The translations under genes were made by a program, and so were the position numbers. The notes below the pieces were generated by a model. That model did not search any database. It saw only the letters and a list, made by a program, of their open reading frames with translations, and had not been told where the DNA came from. Positions 6,932-12,774 of a stretch of DNA of 12,774 bases are shown here, piece after piece. The stretch's first letter is position 1. Each line of letters begins with the position of its first letter. Location: NCBI GenBank assembly GCA_965234725.1, contig CBDDUX010000065.1, positions 1-12,774 on the forward strand, read 5' to 3'. The DNA comes from Thermoplasmatota archaeon. GTDB taxonomy: Archaea; Thermoplasmatota; Penumbrarchaeia; Penumbrarchaeales; Penumbrarchaeaceae.

Positions 6932-7336
6932 TCAATCCCTTAGGGCCACCGCTTCTATCATTACAAGCGCATCGAGGGGGAGTTTCCCCACCTCTACGGC
7001 TGCCCTTGCAGGCGGATCATCATCGAAGTAGGACCCATATACGGAGTTGAATGGACCGAAATCGTTCATATCCTTCAGGTAAACAGTTACCTTGAGCAGC
7101 ATTTCCAATGAAGAACCTGCTTCATCAAGGACCGCTGCAAGGTTTTCCATGGCCTGGCTGGTCTGTTCAATTATTGTCACTCCTGCAAATTGTTTTGTCG
7201 AAGGAACAAGACCTATCTGTCCCGAACAGAATACCAGAGGTCCTGCCGCTATTGCCTGGGAATAAGGTCCTACCGCTGCCGGTGCTTCATCCGTGGAGAC
7301 GATCTCCCTTATCCATTTGAGATCAAGGTGAGTCAA
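6932..7336 (-). CDS. ridA: RidA/YjgF/UK114 family reactive intermediate (enamine/imine) deaminase; start uncertain
   Basis: APAAVGPYSQAI, FCSGQI, KVTVYLKDMNDF, FNSVY, PPARAAVEV (catalytic Arg), LP...IEAVA. The only in-frame start is a TTG; see findings. Confidence 0.93.
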   Translation of the reverse strand: MTHLDLKWIREIVSTDEAPAAVGPYSQAIAAGPLVFCSGQIGLVPSTKQFAGVTIIEQTSQAMENLAAVLDEAGSSLEMLLKVTVYLKDMNDFGPFNSVYGSYFDDDPPARAAVEVGKLPLDALVMIEAVALRD

Positions 7337-7364
7337 TTACAATACCCAACTTCCATTGATCTTC

Positions 7365-7374
7365 AGATAAAAAG
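7365..7374 (-). promoter_or_regulatory. Possible internal TATA box for ridA
   Basis: CTTTTTATCT just after the thpR stop codon and about 29 nt before TTG 7336. It could instead be a U-tract terminator of thpR. Confidence 0.3.
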
Positions 7375-7376
7375 CC

Positions 7377-7931
7377 TTATCCTTCGAGAGGAAAGGTCTT
7401 TATGTTTTCATAGATAGGTCCATTGGGTGTAAGTGTTGATGAAACGAGATCGAAGCTATCGACATATAGGGCATAGTCCTCTTCTTCCATTCTTTGGACA
7501 CATTTTTCCAGGGCTTGCCTGATAGCATTTACATCGGGCCTTCCCTTGCATCTAGCTACTGTCAGATGAGATCTGAACCCCCTCTTTTCCAGTGGAGATC
7601 CTATTCTTTCATGAAGCTGGCGGTCCAGTCCTTCGGCTATACGTCTCATGGCCCCCTCCTCCGAAAAACCGATCCAGAAAACAGCTGGTCGATCCCAATT
7701 TGGAAAAGCTCCATAACCTGATATCCTTGACCGAAATGGTCCCACTTCCAGGGATCCAACAGAATTGATGACATCGTCCAGATCAACACCCGGATCACCA
7801 AGGAACTTCAATGTGATATGCTGATTCCCGGATCTGATAGGTTTCGATCCCCCACCCAGTGTTAAAAGGTCTGAAAGTAGTTCGTCAAGGGCTTCTGATC
7901 CCGGTACTCTTATGGCAAAGAAAAGCCTCAA
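7377..7931 (-). CDS. thpR: RNA 2',3'-cyclic phosphodiesterase (2H phosphoesterase, LigT / 2'-5' RNA ligase family)
   Basis: MRLFFAI start, two HxT motifs (HITLKFLG, HLTVAR), GAFP..RP.VFWIG and SSTLTPNGPIY. The TTG start overlaps the upstream TGA (TTGA), suggesting translational coupling. Confidence 0.95.
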   Translation of the reverse strand: MRLFFAIRVPGSEALDELLSDLLTLGGGSKPIRSGNQHITLKFLGDPGVDLDDVINSVGSLEVGPFRSRISGYGAFPNWDRPAVFWIGFSEEGAMRRIAEGLDRQLHERIGSPLEKRGFRSHLTVARCKGRPDVNAIRQALEKCVQRMEEEDYALYVDSFDLVSSTLTPNGPIYENIKTFPLEG

Positions 7932-8509
7932 ACCTTCACTTCCGATATCAATTCCATGACCTTTTTTCGAAGGTCTTCGGTCGTTGCCTCATTGATCATC
8001 ATCATATCCGCTCTGGCGATGACATTTCCGAGGCCCCATTCCAGCTCCCTTCTATCCCTCTCTTCGAATTCATCCCTCATCACTGGGTCGTCATTCCTTC
8101 CCCTTGAGAGCAATCTCATGAACCTGGTCTCCGGACTGGAGTGGATACAGAGTATCGAAAAGTATTTACCCCATTTGGATTGGAATACCTCCACCTCCTG
8201 GGGGGACCTGACACCATCAATGATCACGGTTGGGTTACCGCCTTGAACAATACCTTCCACCTCTTGGATCAATCTGAGGGCCCATATCTCCTTCCCGAAT
8301 TTCTTTCTCTCTTCATCAGCGAACTTACCGGTCTCCATCGGATCCCTGTTCGTACAATTATCCGAGAAGTAACCTCTTACAACATCACCCATGGACCTCA
8401 CGGGGATTCCTAAATCTCTTGCAATCGATGAAACCTCTCCCTTTCCGGAACCTGGCATACCAGTTATCCCGATTATCCTCAACTTTGTTTCAGAGTTCAG
8501 TGATCTCAT
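7928..8509 (-). CDS. UPF0200 / dephospho-CoA-kinase-like P-loop nucleotide kinase
   Basis: IIGITGMPGSGKG Walker A, SMGDVVR, IIDGVRS..EV, RGR.DD, RD.REL.WGL...I..AD....N. These motifs are typical of this archaeal family; the substrate cannot be determined from sequence. Confidence 0.88.
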   Translation of the reverse strand: MRSLNSETKLRIIGITGMPGSGKGEVSSIARDLGIPVRSMGDVVRGYFSDNCTNRDPMETGKFADEERKKFGKEIWALRLIQEVEGIVQGGNPTVIIDGVRSPQEVEVFQSKWGKYFSILCIHSSPETRFMRLLSRGRNDDPVMRDEFEERDRRELEWGLGNVIARADMMMINEATTEDLRKKVMELISEVKV

Positions 8510-8541
8510 GTGAAGTATCCCGTTGGGGACCGGAGCAAGTG

Positions 8542-8557
8542 TTTAATTAGGTTTTCG
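8542..8557 (-). promoter_or_regulatory. BRE/TATA for the kinase-thpR(-ridA) operon
   Basis: CGAAAA-CC-TAATTAAA about 33 nt upstream of ATG 8509. Confidence 0.5.
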
Positions 8558-8716
8558 ATGGATATGGGAACTATATGAAAGGCAATAAAAAACATCTTAT
8601 TATGCAGGGGTATCCGAAAGAAAACCCATTTTATTATTATCCTGGACCATGTTTTTCCCTGCCCGAAGGTTCCCTTTCTCCTCACAGATACATTAAATAC
8701 TAGGAAAAACGGATTG

Positions 8717-8765
8717 CAAAAAAGATTTATAATCATAATCCGTTGGTCTCGATTGTCTATATAAA
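8717..8765 (+). promoter_or_regulatory. Two candidate TATA boxes for the NIDO-like gene pair
   Basis: CAAAAAAGA-TTTATAAT (8717-8733) and TATATAAA (8758-8765) in an AT-rich divergent intergenic region. Confidence 0.45.
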
Positions 8766-8815
8766 TGTGCCAGTGCCTTTAGGTACTGGTCTAAACCCTA
8801 ATAGAGGTGCAGATC

Positions 8816-11800
8816 ATGGGTAGCTTGTCAGTACGTATCGTAGGTTTTTCCATCGCATTGCTGATGGCAACAACGGCTCTACTTCTCGCAATAGAGATAA
8901 TGCCTGAGGACAATTCATCCTCAACGGTCCAGGGGGCCATGTCCGAGAAGGACGCAGGGGGTTACATGTATGTCGATAGTAACGATCCAGATCCCAAGGT
9001 GGAGTTCGACTGGATAGATGCGGCCAACAATCCAAGGGGCGAGCTTTTGGAAGAGGTCAAGTACTATTACACCACGAACGTTTTCCAGTTCTATGAGCTT
9101 CCGTTCTCCTTCCCATTTTACGACGATTATTATGATGAGTGTGCCGTCGTCTGCGGAGGGTATATCGATTTCGGAGGTTGGCAGTATTCAACCCCAGGAT
9201 ACTATTACCTATCCTCTTCAACGGTCCCATACTCGAGCTACGAGAACGGATGGATAGCCGCCTGGGGATATGCCATTGGTGGTTATTCCAGTTACCCGTC
9301 GGTCAATTTTGGGGTATATGCCTTGCAGGGTGAAACTTACGGGGAGAGGTGGGTGTGCTTCGAGTGGCACAAGGCACTGGCACCGGGATCCTATGGAGGC
9401 CAGCCGAATCCCGAACAGTACGAGATCACTTTCGAGATCATAATCTACGAATCCGGTCTGATCAAGATGCAGTACCTTGACGCTGACACTGCCTATGCCG
9501 CCTACTCCAATGGAGGATATGCAACAGCTGGTATAGAGGACATCACCGGGACCAAGGGACTGGCCCATTGTCTGTATGCGGAAACCACGCTCAAGACCGG
9601 CCTTGCGGTGATGTATGGAAAGAACATCGGTGAGGTAGGTGCTGTAACCATAGAGACCGAAGATGGTGGCGCAATGTATGCCATGCACAGGGATTATACC
9701 ATTACAGCCGAGGTCAAGCATCCCATCAATAATGATATGATAAAGGTTATAGCAATATCTTTAGGCAATAGTATCGCAGACCTCGTGTATTACCAGAACA
9801 CTGATGGGAGCTATTTCTTCTCCAAGATCGATGCCAATGGATTCATATCTGTGAACGCCGAGGCTTCATCTGCTAAACCTTCGGGTGATTTTCTAGAGGT
9901 CACCTTCAAGTTCGCTCCGACTTTCGCATATCCTGTTACTACACCCCAGGGCCTGAAGATATCCGTCCTGGGGGCGGGGGTGATGCCTGGATCCACGATA
10001 ATACCGGATGCATATTGGGTTGAGAACCGTTTGCAGATGATGGGATCCATGGTGGGTGTGTCAGAAGTGGCTGGAATAATTGAGAACGGTGGTTGGATCA
10101 AGGGAGGCGAAGAGTTCTATTTCCGTGGTATCAAAGCTGTATATCCGGGAACAGAGAAATCTCCAATGCCCGGTTCTCTTACATATACTATCACAGATGA
10201 GGTTGGGAATAAGTTCTTCCAACCTTATGTCCAGGATTTCGCCGATGTACTTGTAACATCCGAGAACGATCTGGTTGTGAAGAGATATCAGTTGAATATA
10301 ACTGATGTTCCACCGGGGACGGACGTTTCCGATCCTCTGATCTTCACCATGAACATCGACCCCTACAGGCCCACTCCTCCCAAGGAGATCCTTATCCATG
10401 CCGATTCCTTTGATGATAGGAACACAGAATATGATGATGATAATGAGGTATTCGTAACCTGGGAGCCATCCGAGGACTTCGAATCCGGGATACGCGGTTA
10501 TTATGTTTCCACCTTCGATCCTTTCATGGCAGGTGCAAACCTCGATGAAGCCATCTTCGTTCGCAACCCGGACACTTCCACCAAACTGGTCTTCTCGGAT
10601 ATGGGTACAAGAAAGGTTTATGTCTGGGCCATGGACAAGGCAGGAAACCCATCTATACCGTCCTTCGCTGTGACAAAGATCGATTCAACCGAAGTGACTT
10701 TCTCAGAGTTCTCACCCGGCAATCAGATATGGGTGAATACCAGGACCCCGATCTGTTCCGTTCTGATCGATGATTCCGGTGGTTCCGGTGTATCTGCGAA
10801 GAGTCTTGAGTATTCGATCTCGACCACCAATACGTTAGAGTTTGGTGCATGGCAGGCCTCCGTTCTCGGCAGGGACAATGAACAGATCAGGCTTTCTGTC
10901 CAGGGTCTGTTCGGTAATGGAAAGAGCAATTACATCCGCTTCAGAGCAAGAGATGTTGCGGGAAACGGTTGGACCTACAGCCAGGATTACAATGTGTGGG
11001 TCGATGAGGAGCGTGCCTCCTTCACCAATTTCCGTCCCTTCGAGACCGAGTTCCAGAATTCCAAGAACGTGGTGGTATCTGTTGATATAACCGATATCCA
11101 TTCTCTCAAGGAAGGTTCGGGTATCCGTTTGGACACCGTGGAGTTCCGTGTATCCAGTCAGGGTCTTGGTCAGTTCGGTGATTGGGTGAAAGCACCTGTT
11201 TCCTCTATTGACGACAGAGGCATTGTCCATGTTGAGATGGAACTTGACCTCCGCGAAGGTTCACAGAATTACATCCAGTTCAGATGCTATGATAATGTGG
11301 GCAACTTCGCCCTTTCAAAGGAGTTCAATGTGAAGGTGAATGCAGCTCCGGTCATTGACGCATTCCTTTCCGCTCCCAAGAACGGCCATACCTATACCAC
11401 TTCTGAGAAGATCCTTTTCGACTCTTCCAGGACCATGGATCCTGACGGTGATTCCCTCGGTTTCAGCTGGTATTCTGATATCAACGGTTTCCTCTCTGCA
11501 GATGACAGCTTCTTCCGAACCTTGAGTCCGGGTGTTCATCTTATCACCCTTGTTGTGAACGATCCGGCCCATTCAATTGTCAAGAGCTGGGAGATCGAGG
11601 TGAAGGAGGAGACCCAGATAGATCCCGAGGATATGGACTCTGATGGCGATGGCATCTATGATGCATGGGAGATCCGTTATGGACTTGATCCCAACCGTCC
11701 AGATAGTTTCATAGATACCGACAATGACAAGTTCACCAATCTACAGGAGTTCGAGAATGGCACGGACCCTATCCGTTCCATTTCCCATCCTCCTTATCCT

Positions 11801-12016
11801 TCATATTCCGGAAAGGGTGAAGGAGGAAACGATAACGAGGACCAGTACAGGAATATCACCCTTGCTTTGGTCCTTGTTTCCCTGCTTGTTGTGTTGATCC
11901 TTTGCCTGCTTGCCTACACTCGTCACAAGAACTTCGTGATGGAGCGTGATGAGGAGAAGGAACTCGAGACAGAAGAGATGACCTACAGGAGATCCCTGGA
12001 CAAGGAGATGAAATGA
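8816..12016 (+). CDS. Large membrane-anchored surface protein: NIDO-like N-terminal domain, FN3-like, two Ig-like repeats, PKD-like, one TSP3-like unit, C-terminal TM
   Basis: Start moved from GTG 8807 to ATG 8816 because GAGGTG (8804-8809) is a Shine-Dalgarno motif. Motifs: DAGGY...FDWID, LPFSFPFY, TFEIIIYESGLIKMQY, ATAGIE; FN3-like VTWEPSED.ESGIRGY...AMDKAGN; PKD-like FDSSRTMDPDGDSL.FSWYSD; DSDGDGIYDAWE...GTDP; then TM and a charged tail. Confidence 0.85.
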   Translation: MGSLSVRIVGFSIALLMATTALLLAIEIMPEDNSSSTVQGAMSEKDAGGYMYVDSNDPDPKVEFDWIDAANNPRGELLEEVKYYYTTNVFQFYELPFSFPFYDDYYDECAVVCGGYIDFGGWQYSTPGYYYLSSSTVPYSSYENGWIAAWGYAIGGYSSYPSVNFGVYALQGETYGERWVCFEWHKALAPGSYGGQPNPEQYEITFEIIIYESGLIKMQYLDADTAYAAYSNGGYATAGIEDITGTKGLAHCLYAETTLKTGLAVMYGKNIGEVGAVTIETEDGGAMYAMHRDYTITAEVKHPINNDMIKVIAISLGNSIADLVYYQNTDGSYFFSKIDANGFISVNAEASSAKPSGDFLEVTFKFAPTFAYPVTTPQGLKISVLGAGVMPGSTIIPDAYWVENRLQMMGSMVGVSEVAGIIENGGWIKGGEEFYFRGIKAVYPGTEKSPMPGSLTYTITDEVGNKFFQPYVQDFADVLVTSENDLVVKRYQLNITDVPPGTDVSDPLIFTMNIDPYRPTPPKEILIHADSFDDRNTEYDDDNEVFVTWEPSEDFESGIRGYYVSTFDPFMAGANLDEAIFVRNPDTSTKLVFSDMGTRKVYVWAMDKAGNPSIPSFAVTKIDSTEVTFSEFSPGNQIWVNTRTPICSVLIDDSGGSGVSAKSLEYSISTTNTLEFGAWQASVLGRDNEQIRLSVQGLFGNGKSNYIRFRARDVAGNGWTYSQDYNVWVDEERASFTNFRPFETEFQNSKNVVVSVDITDIHSLKEGSGIRLDTVEFRVSSQGLGQFGDWVKAPVSSIDDRGIVHVEMELDLREGSQNYIQFRCYDNVGNFALSKEFNVKVNAAPVIDAFLSAPKNGHTYTTSEKILFDSSRTMDPDGDSLGFSWYSDINGFLSADDSFFRTLSPGVHLITLVVNDPAHSIVKSWEIEVKEETQIDPEDMDSDGDGIYDAWEIRYGLDPNRPDSFIDTDNDKFTNLQEFENGTDPIRSISHPPYPSYSGKGEGGNDNEDQYRNITLALVLVSLLVVLILCLLAYTRHKNFVMERDEEKELETEEMTYRRSLDKEMK
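10694..11341 (+). repeat. Two tandem ~105-110 aa Ig-like protein repeats
   Basis: TFSEFSP...SVLIDD..GSGV...LEYSIST...FGAW...GKSNYIRFRARDVAGN...YNVWVD aligns with SFTNFRP...SVDITD..GSGI...VEFRVSS...FGDW...GSQNYIQFRCYDNVGN...FNVKVN. Confidence 0.8.
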
Positions 12017-12053
12017 TGATTAGTTCGAATTTGGAGAATTTCGAGGTGATGGA

Positions 12054-12774
12054 ATGAAACATAATATTTCCCGAACGTTGGCCATGATCTGCAGTTTACT
12101 GTTCGTAATATCGGGTTTGTTTGTATTGGTGCAGAATAATGATCTTGAGGTAGAGGCCTCGGAATCACCTACTGCAGATGCTGCCGGATATGCGTGGATG
12201 GACAATCGTGACCCTGATCCCAAGGTAGAGTATGATTGGATCGATATTACTGGTGTAGGAACGCCATTAAAGACTCTGATCAGCTCATCCTCAACGTATC
12301 GGTATGTTTATTATTCAACAGGATGGCAGCAGTTGGGATTCAGCTTTCCCTATTATGGTAAGACCTACAACCAGCTAGAGGTCTATCCCAATGGTGTGTT
12401 GGGAGTTTTGGATGCGACGTATGATTATTGCATATACAACTACGGAGGAGCTTTCCCAAGTTCCTATACCTACACTCCGCCTGGTACCATCGCTCCTTTC
12501 TGGTGTTACTATGCTGCTCCATTGAAGAATGATGCCAAATCCGACATCTGGGTATACCAGACCCAGACCGATGATGAGGAACCCATGAAGATGTGGATCT
12601 GCACCTGGGCGAACGTCAACTATTACGGGACAAATGCTGCTGGTGCCACCTTCCAGGTGATCATCTACGAGAACGGTGACATCAAGGTCAACATCCTTGA
12701 GAGCCAGACCTATACGACTTCCTACCTGACACTGGGCATCCAGAACGAGGATTTCACCATAGGTCTCACGTATG
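12054..12774 (+). CDS. Tandem paralog of the 8816 gene (NIDO-like surface protein), truncated by window end
   Basis: Not in the ORF track. RBS GAGGTGA (12043-12049), then 240 open codons: MKHNISRTLAMICSLLFVISGLFVLV...DAAGYAWMDNRDPDPKVEYDWID...LGFSFPYYGKTY...IAPFW...TFQVIIYENGDIKVNI...LTLGIQNEDFTIGLTY. Confidence 0.9.
   Translation, partial: MKHNISRTLAMICSLLFVISGLFVLVQNNDLEVEASESPTADAAGYAWMDNRDPDPKVEYDWIDITGVGTPLKTLISSSSTYRYVYYSTGWQQLGFSFPYYGKTYNQLEVYPNGVLGVLDATYDYCIYNYGGAFPSSYTYTPPGTIAPFWCYYAAPLKNDAKSDIWVYQTQTDDEEPMKMWICTWANVNYYGTNAAGATFQVIIYENGDIKVNILESQTYTTSYLTLGIQNEDFTIGLTY

Noticed and set aside
693..6935. Many short antisense and alternative-frame ORFs inside the large genes (also within 8814-12522)
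   Set aside because: No recognisable motifs; expected shadows of long coding regions.
7928..8509. Assignment as true coaE or as flagellar FliE
   Set aside because: The motifs support only the UPF0200 P-loop family. No FliE similarity is visible and the substrate is unproven.
8506..8736. 76-aa ORF, and a possible ncRNA bounded by GCAGGG/CCCTGC, in the divergent intergenic region
   Set aside because: AT-rich promoter-like DNA with TATA boxes on both strands. The ORF has no motif, and the 6-bp stem lacks convincing inner structure.
8816..12774. Diversity-generating retroelement acting on the Tyr-rich domains
   Set aside because: No reverse transcriptase and no near-identical TR/VR pair differing at adenines in the window; the paralogs are anciently diverged.

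Overview
Archaeal chromosomal window. The tRNA style, TATA/BRE promoters, GAGGTG-type RBSs and gene content suggest an uncultured Thermoplasmatota-like euryarchaeon (inference). The left end (- strand) is a compact unit of tRNA-Arg(TCT), a 34-aa ribosomal protein eL41/eS32 gene missed by the ORF track, and tRNA-Trp(CCA) with a 133-nt box C/D guide intron. The + strand carries three complete ~1000-aa predicted surface proteins with C-terminal membrane anchors: a C25/gingipain-family protein whose catalytic His appears replaced by Gln, a heavily N-glycosylatable Ig/PKD/TSP3-like protein, and a NIDO-like/FN3/PKD protein. A tandem paralog of the last one starts just downstream and is cut off by the window end. 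A - strand housekeeping trio lies between these genes: a UPF0200 P-loop kinase, thpR and a RidA-family protein. No mobile element, CRISPR array or defence system is visible, and I cannot support a wholly new system. The best leads are the G3-U70 alanine determinant in tRNA-Arg, the extended self-complementary Trp intron, the His->Gln gingipain, and the Tyr-rich tandem surface-receptor pair.
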